From Geobacterales bacterium (GTDB lineage: Bacteria > Desulfobacterota > Desulfuromonadia > Geobacterales > Pseudopelobacteraceae), in the NCBI GenBank assembly GCA_038318485.1, contig JBBQCH010000001.1, positions 3,434-67,433 on the forward strand: a DNA stretch of 64,000 bases, in the 5' to 3' direction. This document shows positions 54,994-64,000 of the stretch, piece by piece. The stretch's first letter is position 1. Every line of letters begins with the position of its first letter. The notes beneath the pieces were generated by a model. The model saw nothing but the letters and a program-made list of their open reading frames with translations, was not told where the DNA came from and searched no databases. The position numbers were made by a program, and so were the translations under genes.

Positions 54994-56220
54994 CTAAAAT
55001 GACCACTTAAATTTGAAATCTACGAATCCTGCGACTGGCATTTTGCTTAGATTGATAGTGTTTGTGCCCACCTTGAATATCTTCTGATTCTCTCCATACC
55101 ACATCATTCTGCGATATTGATCTATAAACGCAAGCCGTACACAGTAGATTCCAGGCATCAACTGAAGGTCATCGAGTTTGCATTCATAATAGCCCTCTCC
55201 CTTTTTTATATCAGGCCGGTCAGGCAATACCGCACTACTGGTGGATGCAATATAGACAAAATCAGTCGTGTGAAACCCAACCACTATTTCAGGGCAAGGC
55301 ACATCCACATGGGACGTAAAGCGGATGCCGATTCGCATGGGTTCATGCATTCCCACTTCATCGGTAGGTTGAGAACTTTCTCCCCGAAAGATCAGCACTT
55401 CCTCAACATCTATTTCACCAGATGTCTCAACAGATCCTTGCGTCTTTCTGCTTTCTAGGGAACCTTTCAGAATTTTCTCATTGCTTCGGTCGTAAAAAAG
55501 ATTACAGACCTTTGCTGGTTCTCCGTCCATCAGTATGGTGCCGTGATCAAGAAGAATCGCCCGTGAGCAGATTCGCTCTACCTGACGGATATTGTGGCTG
55601 ACAATCAATACCGTCTTTCCCTGGAGCTTGATCAGGTCTTCCATACGATCAAAGCATTTGCGCTGAAACGCCAGGTCGCCAACTGAAAGTACCTCATCTA
55701 CAATCAGTATTTCCGGGTTGACTGAAGTAGCAATACTGAAACCCAATCGCACTGCCATACCCGAACTGTAACGCTTGATCGGTGTATCGATGAACTCTTC
55801 CAATTCAGCAAAGGCAACGATCTCATCGAACTTCTCCCTGAGAACTCTCTTGGGAATCCCCATGATCGCACCATTCAGGAAGATATTCTCACGTCCACTC
55901 AATTCGGGGTTCAATCCTGCTCCGACTTCTATCAGTGGCGCCACTGAACCGCGCACCGATACCTTACCGCTAGTGGGGGTGCTGATGCGCGCCAGGTGCT
56001 TGAGCATGGTGCTCTTGCCCGCGCCGTTGGTACCGATGATGCCGACAACTTCGCCTTCCTCAATGCTGAATGAAACGTTATCCAGCGCCTTGAATGGACT
56101 GTGTTTCTCGACCGGCTTGCCACACAGGCGATTAACGCCGTTCAGCACAGTTTGCTTGAGGTTTTTCATATGCCCAAGCTGGTATTCTTTGGTCAGATTA
56201 TTGACTTCTATAATTGCCAT
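54994..56220 (-). CDS. wzt: polysaccharide ABC exporter ATPase with C-terminal substrate-binding-type extension (Wzt/TagH-like)
   Basis: Walker A GTNGAGKST, signature YSSGMAVRLGF and Walker B ILIVDEVLSVGD are present. A non-NBD C-terminal domain of about 150 aa follows. Confidence 0.85.
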   Translation of the reverse strand: MAIIEVNNLTKEYQLGHMKNLKQTVLNGVNRLCGKPVEKHSPFKALDNVSFSIEEGEVVGIIGTNGAGKSTMLKHLARISTPTSGKVSVRGSVAPLIEVGAGLNPELSGRENIFLNGAIMGIPKRVLREKFDEIVAFAELEEFIDTPIKRYSSGMAVRLGFSIATSVNPEILIVDEVLSVGDLAFQRKCFDRMEDLIKLQGKTVLIVSHNIRQVERICSRAILLDHGTILMDGEPAKVCNLFYDRSNEKILKGSLESRKTQGSVETSGEIDVEEVLIFRGESSQPTDEVGMHEPMRIGIRFTSHVDVPCPEIVVGFHTTDFVYIASTSSAVLPDRPDIKKGEGYYECKLDDLQLMPGIYCVRLAFIDQYRRMMWYGENQKIFKVGTNTINLSKMPVAGFVDFKFKWSF

Positions 56221-57038
56221 CAGATCACGTCCGCAAAATAATTTTCGGCCTTCTTAAAGATTTTGTAACTTATCGGCAGCAAAACTAGTATCACCAGCGC
56301 CCCGGGCCAAACAATCGAAAAGTCGGGAGACTTCCCCTGGAGTATGGCCTTCTGAAAAGCGTCAATAACTCCGACCAGAGGGTTCATGGTGTAGAGATTA
56401 AAGAAGAAATCACTCCACCCCCCCGCTGCCTTGTTTACCAGAAGTGTTTTCTCTACGAGCGTAAGCGGGTAAATGACCGGTGTGGCATACATGAGTAGCG
56501 ACAACAACGCTGGGAGTGCTGCGCCCACGTCGCGGTAGTACACGTAGACGGCGGAACCGGCCATGTTGATGCAGAGCGCGATAAGCATGATATAGACCAC
56601 AATCAACGGCACCCAAAGAATATGTATCGAAGGTACGATCTGGTAAAACGTCATCATGGCGGCCAGGATTAAGAAATTAATCCCTAGGTCCATGAGCTTG
56701 GTCATGGCGGCAGTGATTGGCAGGATTACTCTCGGGAAATAGATCTTGCGTATCAAGGTCGAATTATTAACGACACTTGCAACACCATCCGACGTTGTCT
56801 CCTGAAAAAATATCCACGGCATGAGCGCGGCAAAAGTAAGAACAGGATAGGGAGTGTCCCCTGTTTCAATGCCCACAAAGCTCCTGACAAGCATAAAAAT
56901 CATGGTCATGATTATTGGTTTGATTACCGCCCAGGCAATTCCCAAGTAAGACTGTTTGTAACGGACGATGATGCTTTTCCATGCCAGTGCCATCATCAAT
57001 TCACGGTAATCATATATATTTTTTAATACATTAATCAA
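56220..57038 (-). CDS. wzm: ABC-2 type polysaccharide exporter permease (Wzm/TagG-like)
   Basis: 272 aa with 6 TM helices. The N-terminus YRELMMALAWKSIIVRYKQSYLGIAWAVIKP is typical of ABC-2 permeases. Confidence 0.85.
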   Translation of the reverse strand: MINVLKNIYDYRELMMALAWKSIIVRYKQSYLGIAWAVIKPIIMTMIFMLVRSFVGIETGDTPYPVLTFAALMPWIFFQETTSDGVASVVNNSTLIRKIYFPRVILPITAAMTKLMDLGINFLILAAMMTFYQIVPSIHILWVPLIVVYIMLIALCINMAGSAVYVYYRDVGAALPALLSLLMYATPVIYPLTLVEKTLLVNKAAGGWSDFFFNLYTMNPLVGVIDAFQKAILQGKSPDFSIVWPGALVILVLLPISYKIFKKAENYFADVI

Positions 57039-57143
57039 TCCAGCACCTCATTATCAAAATCTGTGAAATCACTAACATGCACCGAAACTATTATGATGAT
57101 GTTAAACATTGTTTCAAAACTTAAAAAATCGTATTCACCCGGA

Positions 57144-58445
57144 TTAAGCCTGACCCGATTCCTGATCCAGTTGTCGTTGACGGCCAACGTCCAAGGAAAA
57201 CTTATATACGAGACTGGCCCACGCGGCAAGCCACAGCCACAGGGGGCGATAAAAGTTGTGTCCTCCAAAACCCAGAAAAACGAGCAATATTACTGTTACC
57301 AACCCGGCTCCCGAGAAGCGGTGAAGATAAGAACCCACGCCATCACGCTCCCTCTCAAGCCGGCGAGTTTTCCATAACAGCCGCAGGGTACTGATGATAA
57401 GGCCGACAAAGGCAATTGCGCCGGGTAGACCGAATTCACCCAGAACTTCACCGATCAGATTATGGGCCTGTTCCGGTATGCCATCCAACCGTAACCTGCG
57501 GTAAGCAATAAAGTTTTTGCCCCCCGCGCCAACACCTGTAAATGGGTGTTCCGAAAACATATTCATCCCCGCGTGATAGCCGAGAGAACGTCCATGGGTC
57601 GATTCATGGGCATTGGCAGGCCCTGCGTCATCATCCCACACCGAGCGTATCCGCTCCTGCTTGTTCTGGGGCATGAAAGACCAGACTATCATGATGGTGA
57701 CTCCCGCCAGGGCGGCAAGTTTCCAGCGGCGGGCACCTTTTTGCGTTAAAAGCATCAACAGCACCAATAGCAACAAAGCCAGCATGCCGGAACGGGAACC
57801 GGTAAGGACTATGCACAACACACTTAACAATCCGTAGACGACAAATGCCCGACGCATCCATTTGTTGGCTTCAGCCTTGAATACAACCCAGACAAACGGG
57901 AGTGAAAGCACGATGCTGGCTGCGAACGAATTAGGGTCACTGGCTGTGTCTCCTACACCGATCATTCTGACGATGCCCATGCGGTAAACCATCCGACCGT
58001 TCAGATATTCTCTAAAGGAGTGAAGCACGTAGATCCCCATGGCGATAACAAATGCTTTTACTATCAGACGAAAATCCGCCTCATCATCACAGCAGGAAAG
58101 TATTAGAACGTACAGCACCACCATTTTGGCGTATTCAATGCCCTGGTCGACGGCGTAGGAAGTAATATATGCAAAGGGAGCTAAAGCAAAATGTAAAAGG
58201 AGTAAGCTATAGATCCATTTATTTGTTGGCGAACTGACAATTTTTAATCTGTTTTTCAAAAAGGCAACGATAATAAGTGCAATGGCAAATATTCGCTCTA
58301 TTTGTATGCCTTCCAGGTATCGGATGGATTCCCAGGGTCGTTCAATCACAAGGAAAATGTAGATACATACCATAATCATTAATGCTGAGATTGGCTTAGC
58401 GGTATCTGATTTTATTTCAAATTGTGTCAATTCGGGTGACTGCAT
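57144..58445 (-). CDS. O-antigen ligase/polymerase-like (Wzy_C) membrane protein, exosortase-locus type
   Basis: 433 aa polytopic protein. The loop LTGSRSGMLALLL...HAHESTHGRSLGYH...AHNLIGEVLGEFG resembles the Wzy_C domain. Confidence 0.7.
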   Translation of the reverse strand: MQSPELTQFEIKSDTAKPISALMIMVCIYIFLVIERPWESIRYLEGIQIERIFAIALIIVAFLKNRLKIVSSPTNKWIYSLLLLHFALAPFAYITSYAVDQGIEYAKMVVLYVLILSCCDDEADFRLIVKAFVIAMGIYVLHSFREYLNGRMVYRMGIVRMIGVGDTASDPNSFAASIVLSLPFVWVVFKAEANKWMRRAFVVYGLLSVLCIVLTGSRSGMLALLLLVLLMLLTQKGARRWKLAALAGVTIMIVWSFMPQNKQERIRSVWDDDAGPANAHESTHGRSLGYHAGMNMFSEHPFTGVGAGGKNFIAYRRLRLDGIPEQAHNLIGEVLGEFGLPGAIAFVGLIISTLRLLWKTRRLERERDGVGSYLHRFSGAGLVTVILLVFLGFGGHNFYRPLWLWLAAWASLVYKFSLDVGRQRQLDQESGQA

Positions 58446-59050
58446 GATTTCTCAGGATTTTCGGTATTTTTTATTTCTTTTCCCAGAATATTCTTTATTA
58501 CCTTGGCAGGGTTTCCGGCCAGAATCTCATAATCGTTTGTTCCAACCGTCACAACACTTCCCGCTGCCACCACATTCTGTACTCCGAGATTAGCCATAAT
58601 GACGGCATTGTTCCCGATCCAGCAGTTTTCTCCGATAGTTATCTTCCTGAATACTCCAGCTTGTTCCTGAATCGGTTTACCTATCTCTTTGTATCCATGC
58701 TGATTCTTTCCACTCAAGATGGAAACATGACTTGCAATGGTGGCATGATCACCGATCTTTGCCATTCCGATAATGTTATATGCACCGATATAGTAACCTC
58801 CCCCCAGTTCCACTTCCGGATGGGCAAAGAAGGTGCCAAAACCAATATAGCCATTTCTTGGACATCGCTCCAATGTCATGCTGTAATAGGCCACTCGTAG
58901 ATAACTACCAATTTTACCCGGTACCAGTGCAAGCAACTGGCCTTGCCCGGCAAACAGGTCTTTGGAACGGGTAATTTTATATAAAAGATAGAGCGGTGCT
59001 GTGAGAACCAGGCACACAGCAAAAATCAGTTTTTGAAGCAGTTGTTTCAT
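58427..59050 (-). CDS. hexapeptide-repeat (LbH) O-acetyltransferase with N-terminal TM helix
   Basis: Contains IGAYNIIGMAKIGDHATIASHVSI...IGENCWIGNNAVIMANLGVQNVVAAGSVV. Confidence 0.8.
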   Translation of the reverse strand: MKQLLQKLIFAVCLVLTAPLYLLYKITRSKDLFAGQGQLLALVPGKIGSYLRVAYYSMTLERCPRNGYIGFGTFFAHPEVELGGGYYIGAYNIIGMAKIGDHATIASHVSILSGKNQHGYKEIGKPIQEQAGVFRKITIGENCWIGNNAVIMANLGVQNVVAAGSVVTVGTNDYEILAGNPAKVIKNILGKEIKNTENPEKSCSHPN

Positions 59051-60165
59051 AGTTTGACCACTCCTTCATAAAACTGTTCATATCGCTGCAGGATTGCAGG
59101 AAGAGAAAAGAGACCCCCTGCCTTTGTCCTGCTGTTATTTCCCAACAATGCCAAATTTTCTGATGTCAGGATTGAAACTATTCTGTCAGCCATTGCGACA
59201 TAATCTCCCGGCTGGACTACGAAGCCGTTTATGCCATCCTCTACAGCCTCCCTGGCCCCGCCAACATTCGTGCAGACAACCGGCAGACCAGCGGCCATAT
59301 ACTCGACAATCGAATTTGAAAAGCTCTCCGAGTTTGACGAGAGTATTCCCATATCGATGCAGCCCAGTATTTCCGTAATATCAAGGCGCTTGCCCAGGAA
59401 GCAGACCCGCGGCGCTATTCCCATATCAGCGGTAAGCTGTTCCAGGGGTTCCCTTTCCGGTCCCTCTCCGACCACAACGAAACGGGTACGGGTAAAGCGC
59501 TCTGATACGATCTTGGCTGCTCTGATAAATACATCAATCGCCTTGACAGGCCTCAGATTGGCAATGATTCCAACAATAATGGCATCCTCAGGAAAACCTA
59601 GTGTCTTTCTGAATGCCAATCGCTGATTTTCTGATCCCTTGCAATAGCGCTCTATCTCAAGACCGTTATGAATAACATCAATCCTGCCTAGTTCAATGCC
59701 TTCAGTCTTTGCAGCCCATTGCCTGGTATTTTCCGAATTTGCCAGAAAACGTGTTACCCAATTATTTAAAGTATTCAATATCAAAATTTCAAGTCTGTTA
59801 TGCCAGTAGCCCTGATTTCTGCGGGTCGAGATAATTGCTCTGACACCCGCCAGCTTTCCCGCCAGGACCCCAACCTTGTTCCCCTCCACAAAGTGCGTCT
59901 GAACGATGTCAATCTTCTGTTTTTTCAGAAACCCTGTAAATTTTAGGATATTGAAATAACTGGATGGCTTGGCAAAGGAGGGCACGCCTACATCAATCAT
60001 TTCGCACTCCCGGAAGTTTTGACGCAGCCATTCCGAAACTCTCAACACGCACAGATACGGCTCAAACCTGCTCCGGTCCAGCTGCTTGATCAGCAGCAAC
60101 AGTTGCTTCTCCGTGCCGGCAGTCGGGGATTCGATGGTATCTATTATAAAGGCGATTTTGATCAT
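59047..60165 (-). CDS. family 4 glycosyltransferase
   Basis: Contains MIKIAFIIDTIESPTAGTEKQ and SESFSNSIVEYMAAGLPVVCTNVGGAREAVEDGINGF. Confidence 0.85.
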   Translation of the reverse strand: MIKIAFIIDTIESPTAGTEKQLLLLIKQLDRSRFEPYLCVLRVSEWLRQNFRECEMIDVGVPSFAKPSSYFNILKFTGFLKKQKIDIVQTHFVEGNKVGVLAGKLAGVRAIISTRRNQGYWHNRLEILILNTLNNWVTRFLANSENTRQWAAKTEGIELGRIDVIHNGLEIERYCKGSENQRLAFRKTLGFPEDAIIVGIIANLRPVKAIDVFIRAAKIVSERFTRTRFVVVGEGPEREPLEQLTADMGIAPRVCFLGKRLDITEILGCIDMGILSSNSESFSNSIVEYMAAGLPVVCTNVGGAREAVEDGINGFVVQPGDYVAMADRIVSILTSENLALLGNNSRTKAGGLFSLPAILQRYEQFYEGVVKL

Positions 60166-60215
60166 AAAGTAAGTTTCGGATAAACAGTCACAAATTATAG
60201 GAATTGCTCTGTCAG

Positions 60216-61232
60216 TTAGCGACTAAGCGACTGCCGTATAAATCCCCATCCCAAACCAAAATGAACCGTGAAAAATATCAACGGCAGGTGCTGCAGATAT
60301 CCCCAACCGTTACGGGCTGCAATGCGAACCGATTCGACCATTACAATCAGCGTGTACAGAACGTAGACCGCGCAGAACAAAGCAGTCATGGAGTCACTAA
60401 ATCGCTGAGTTGCTGGACCACTTAGCAACGAAGCGACTCCGCCTACCGCCAGTAACAGCAGGCCAAACACAAACCCAGCCGGTACCAGTTGATTGACCGA
60501 CAGAGCCTCGCGGTGTTTCCTGATGAAGCGGTAGCGCCCCATACCGTAGCGCTGCATCTGCCGAAACAGCCCGTTCAGGCTCTCGCGCGGATAGTAGCGC
60601 ACCGTCAAGAGTGGGCTTGTGTAGCAGGAAAGCCCGGCTTTTTCCACTCGATAGTTGAACTCCACATCTTCGGCAGCATCGAATGCTTCATCAACATAGC
60701 CGACTTTTTCAAAGACCTCGCGCTTATAAGCCGCCCCATTGCTGACCGGGCTGGCGAATCCTTCGTATTCTCCATAGATCATTGAATCGCCGCCATGTCC
60801 CAAGCGGGAGCCGCGAGCCAGGGCAACCGCCTTCTGAAACGGTGTCAAGCCAGGCGGATCCAGCGGTTGTGGTCGCCCCAGGCAATCGGCGCCACTTTTT
60901 TCGAAACAGTCGGCCACATTGCGAAGCAGTTTGTAGGACGGAATAAAGCAGTGACCATCAACCACCAGAAAATAATCTCCCCGACCGTTTCTGAAGCCCA
61001 CATTGCGCCCAGCGCTAGAGAGGTGGGCAGGGTTGTCCAGCAGACGGATCTGTGAATACTGCTGTGCCATCTCAGTAACTATTGTTCGGGTAGCGTCATC
61101 GGAAATACCATCGCAAACAAGAATCTCATAACGATCCACCGGATACTCTTGCGACAAAAGTTGAGCTAGCGTATCGCTAATAAATCGAGCTTCATTACGC
61201 ACTGGCATGACTATGGTCAGGAAAGGAACCAT
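60216..61232 (-). CDS. family 2 glycosyltransferase with C-terminal TM helices
   Basis: The start was chosen at MVPFLTIVMPVRNEARFI. Also contains VCDGISDDAT...VVDGH and a hydrophobic tail. Confidence 0.8.
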   Translation of the reverse strand: MVPFLTIVMPVRNEARFISDTLAQLLSQEYPVDRYEILVCDGISDDATRTIVTEMAQQYSQIRLLDNPAHLSSAGRNVGFRNGRGDYFLVVDGHCFIPSYKLLRNVADCFEKSGADCLGRPQPLDPPGLTPFQKAVALARGSRLGHGGDSMIYGEYEGFASPVSNGAAYKREVFEKVGYVDEAFDAAEDVEFNYRVEKAGLSCYTSPLLTVRYYPRESLNGLFRQMQRYGMGRYRFIRKHREALSVNQLVPAGFVFGLLLLAVGGVASLLSGPATQRFSDSMTALFCAVYVLYTLIVMVESVRIAARNGWGYLQHLPLIFFTVHFGLGWGFIRQSLSR

Positions 61233-61234
61233 GC

Positions 61235-62365
61235 TCAGCTTTCCCGAGACCCAGTGACGCTGCAATAAAGCCGTTCGTACAATTCGGTTTGTTTTTCAAA
61301 ACCGAACTCCTCGCGGGCGTACTGGTGACCAGCTTGCCCCATCTTGTCGCGCAACATGGGATCACCTGCGAGGGTAAGCACATAACTGGCCATCAACTCA
61401 TGCTCTTCAGGCCGAGTCAGAAATCCAGAGGCCCTATCCTGTACAACTTCAGGTGTTCCACCTACCCTGGTTGCCACCACCGGTTTATGCGAGGCAAAGG
61501 CTTCCAGGACAACATTGGGGAGCCCTTCAGTGAAGGATGGCAGCATGAAGATGTCGATTTCGTACAGTACCGTCTGCAGGTCGTTTCTGAAACCGGGCAG
61601 CAAGAAGTGGCCGCCTAGTCCAACTGCTGCTATTTTACCTTCAAGTTCGGAACGAAGAAAGCCTTCTCCGAAAACCACGAAATATATCTTTGGGTTCTGT
61701 CTGATAACCCCGGCAGCCGCCTCGATCATGGCGGCATAGTTCTTCTCCGGGCTGAGCCGCCCGGCTGAAGCGACGATAATGGCGTCACCAGGCAATCCCA
61801 GCTGTTGGCGCAGAAAGCGGGGACCTGCAGCGGGAATCTCGTCCAGGTTGATGGCATTGTGAATCACTGAAACCTTTCCAGGCTTTACTCCCAGATCAAG
61901 AATCTTGTCGCGCTGGCCGTGTGAGACAGCCACTACATGGTCGGACAGGCGCAGAAAAAACTTGTCCAGCTTTTCATAAAGCCTGATCTTGGGGGTTTCC
62001 GCCGTCCATCCACGCGAGATTGCAATTGCCGGAACTCCGGCAAACCAGGAGGCCAGTCTGCCCAGTACGTTTGGTTTGTAGCCATGGGAACAGAGGATAT
62101 CAACCTTGTCTTCACGGAGAATCCGCCTCAATTGACCGATGGTGCGCAGGTCGAAGGACGAATGTGTATCAATGGTGCGGCAGGTGATGCCGAGTTTGTG
62201 CGCCTCTGCCTGCATGGGATCGTCCTGCCCGTTTTCCCTGAAACAACAAAGCAGGGGCCGGAACCGTTTCGGGTCCAGACGCATGAAATGTTCGAGGATC
62301 TGCTTTTCCGGTCCGCCAATGAAATTGCTGATTCTCAGGTGCAGCAGGGTGATCGGTTCAGGCAT
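61235..62365 (-). CDS. family 4 glycosyltransferase, PEP-CTERM/EpsH1-system sugar transferase-like
   Basis: The start was chosen at MPEPITLLHLRISNFIGGPEKQ. Also contains LPSFTEGLPNVVLEAFASHKPVVATRVGGTPEVV. Confidence 0.8.
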   Translation of the reverse strand: MPEPITLLHLRISNFIGGPEKQILEHFMRLDPKRFRPLLCCFRENGQDDPMQAEAHKLGITCRTIDTHSSFDLRTIGQLRRILREDKVDILCSHGYKPNVLGRLASWFAGVPAIAISRGWTAETPKIRLYEKLDKFFLRLSDHVVAVSHGQRDKILDLGVKPGKVSVIHNAINLDEIPAAGPRFLRQQLGLPGDAIIVASAGRLSPEKNYAAMIEAAAGVIRQNPKIYFVVFGEGFLRSELEGKIAAVGLGGHFLLPGFRNDLQTVLYEIDIFMLPSFTEGLPNVVLEAFASHKPVVATRVGGTPEVVQDRASGFLTRPEEHELMASYVLTLAGDPMLRDKMGQAGHQYAREEFGFEKQTELYERLYCSVTGSRES

Positions 62366-63560
62366 GATGTCCTCTAACCGCTTTCTGCCAGACGCTCTCC
62401 ATTTCGAGGGCAATGGCATCCCAGGTGTACTGCTGCATGATCAGTTCTCTGCCGGCAAGACCCAAATACTCAAAGTGCTTAGGCTGTGTGAGCATGTCTA
62501 TGGCCGTGTTGGCAAACAATTCAGGATCATCTCTCAGAATCAGGTGCTCAACGTCGCACACGTCGAGTCCTTCTGCTCCGACTGTCGTGGAAAGAACAGG
62601 CTTTTGCATGGCCAGCGCTTCCAGTATCTTCAGCCGAGACCCGCCACCAACCCGCAGGGGCACCACATACAACGAACTTTCACCTATATAGGGGCGCACA
62701 TCGTCCACTGTTCCGGTAATGATTACCCCCGCCGCATTTTTTCCCAGATCAACCAGCCATTGGGGAGGTTTGCGGCCTACTACCGTAAAAGTGGCATCTG
62801 GCAAAGATTTTATGATGCGTGGGAATATGTCTTCAATGAAATATCTGACGCCGTCCTGGTTTGGTCTCCAGTCCATGGAACCGGTGAATACCATGCTGTG
62901 GGGTTTGATGGGGACAGTCATCGGAGTGAAATACTGTTCATCGACACCATTTGGGACTACGCTCACATGGGAACAAGCGTAATCCTGCACAAAAGCCTGT
63001 TTGTCCGGATCAGAAACGACAGCAACCTGGCTGTAGATCTGGCTTGCGTACCGTTCATAAGATTGCATTTTCTTCATTTGAGGATAGATATACAACTTCT
63101 TGAGCAGATTGGTTTCGGTCTCGAAGTAGCGCTCCCATATCTGAGCCTCAACATTATGAGCAGACAGAACGGAAGGAACCGAAACCAGCTGATCGCGGAT
63201 ATTTTCCGTGTATGGCGTCCATTCACAGTGAATCAGATCTATATCACCTTTTGAGATAAGAGACTGTACGGTTTGACTCATCAAGTGTGAATGGTGCCGC
63301 GCAACCACATACGGCAAGGGAGACAGTATATTTTTTAAAAGTGCTGAATAGAAAATAGCCCCGTGCTGTTCAATGATCGGGCTTGGTAAAATCTTAAAGG
63401 CAACATTAGGGCAGTGCGGCAAAATTTCGTTGCCGGTTCCATAGCAGACATAAGTAATCTTGTGCTGTTTCTGGAGTCTCTGAAGGAGATTATAACTTCT
63501 GAGACGTTTGCCAGTGTTGAGCGGAAATGGGACTTCTTCATCGACAATGAGTACGTGCAT
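62358..63560 (-). CDS. family 4 glycosyltransferase, PEP-CTERM/EpsH1-system sugar transferase-like
   Basis: Contains MHVLIVDEEVPFPLNTGKRLRSYNLL and VVPLRVGGGSRLKILEALAMQKPVLSTTVGAEG. Confidence 0.8.
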   Translation of the reverse strand: MHVLIVDEEVPFPLNTGKRLRSYNLLQRLQKQHKITYVCYGTGNEILPHCPNVAFKILPSPIIEQHGAIFYSALLKNILSPLPYVVARHHSHLMSQTVQSLISKGDIDLIHCEWTPYTENIRDQLVSVPSVLSAHNVEAQIWERYFETETNLLKKLYIYPQMKKMQSYERYASQIYSQVAVVSDPDKQAFVQDYACSHVSVVPNGVDEQYFTPMTVPIKPHSMVFTGSMDWRPNQDGVRYFIEDIFPRIIKSLPDATFTVVGRKPPQWLVDLGKNAAGVIITGTVDDVRPYIGESSLYVVPLRVGGGSRLKILEALAMQKPVLSTTVGAEGLDVCDVEHLILRDDPELFANTAIDMLTQPKHFEYLGLAGRELIMQQYTWDAIALEMESVWQKAVRGHHA

Positions 63561-63564
63561 CGGT

Positions 63565-64000
63565 TTATGCCCAATTCACAGATGGAAGTGCAGATGAAGA
63601 AAGCAGCTTTTCCATTGTTCCGAACTTCACGTTCCTCATCAGATGTCTCAGTTTTGCCTCTGTGTGCCGAAGATTTAAATAATGCCTGAAACTTGATTTC
63701 AGCCCGGCCTTGATACGCGGCTGACCAGGATCTATCTCCCATGGATGGAAGTAGAGTACCGCAGGCTGATTTTCCATTCGATTTATCTTTGCAATCCCCC
63801 GCCGGATCAATTCCGCAGGAAGCAGCCGCAGGTAACCGCCTCCGGCAATTGGAAGGCGATATTCTCTGTCCCCCCATCGCAGCGGCAGGGTGGTCAGCGG
63901 AAACTCGCGGATCGTTCCTGATGGTCGTGTGATGACATGCGGGAAACGGGGCGCATCAGGGATACCGTAAGTGTCATGCAAAACCGGGAAAATGCTGGAA
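63565..64000 (-). CDS. XrtA-system polysaccharide deacetylase, C-terminal part (5' end outside the window)
   Basis: The frame is open to the window edge (..SSIFPVLHDTYGIP..). LPIAGGGYLRLLP...VLYFHPWEIDPGQP is the pattern of the C-terminal domain of PEP-CTERM-locus polysaccharide deacetylases. Confidence 0.75.
   Translation of the reverse strand, partial: SSIFPVLHDTYGIPDAPRFPHVITRPSGTIREFPLTTLPLRWGDREYRLPIAGGGYLRLLPAELIRRGIAKINRMENQPAVLYFHPWEIDPGQPRIKAGLKSSFRHYLNLRHTEAKLRHLMRNVKFGTMEKLLSSSALPSVNWA

Noticed and set aside
46559-57140. Mobile-element borders (integrase, transposase, tRNA, direct repeats) around the low-GC cassette
   Set aside because: I found none by reading. The compositional step is therefore reported without calling a mobile element.

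Overview
This window is almost entirely a large exopolysaccharide / PEP-CTERM-exosortase (XrtA) locus, probably from a deltaproteobacterium of the Geobacter/Desulfuromonas type (inference only). Recognisable parts are an XrtA-EpsI exosortase, the PrsK/PrsR two-component pair next to a PEP-CTERM protein gene with a textbook sigma-54 promoter, and a MarR-type EPS regulator. There are also a PEP-CTERM-associated CAAX protease, two tandem N-acyl amino acid synthase-like acyltransferases, nucleotide-sugar genes (wecB, tviB/tviC-like, UDP-GlcA epimerase), about 17 glycosyltransferases, a Wzx flippase, an O-antigen-ligase-like protein and a partial XrtA-type polysaccharide deacetylase. A visibly lower-GC cassette (about 46.6-57 kb) adds an ABC-transporter (Wzm/Wzt) glycan pathway with a pyruvyl transferase. 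The most interesting non-coding signal is a duplicated promoter-leader unit of about 190 nt. It contains a GEMM-I-type cyclic-dinucleotide riboswitch with a terminator-type expression platform. One copy precedes the second acyltransferase gene and the other precedes a roughly 980-aa beta-helix/Ig-repeat secreted protein. Both copies carry an A at the position I align to Vc2 G20, the cGAMP-type signature. A second unexplained signal is a family of four elements built from degenerate 8-nt periodic units around tviC-tviB-xrtA. One of these is translated as the XrtA-EpsI interdomain linker. Other items are a DevCAB-like ABC exporter with a TolC-SPOR fusion, a ThiF-like/GAF/tandem-nitroreductase trio, a decayed pilC fragment with a 59-codon prepilin-like ORF, crcB, nikR, and an edge-truncated RES toxin. 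I saw no rRNA, tRNA, CRISPR array or transposase. All calls come from reading the sequence and from remembered family signatures, and no searches were run.
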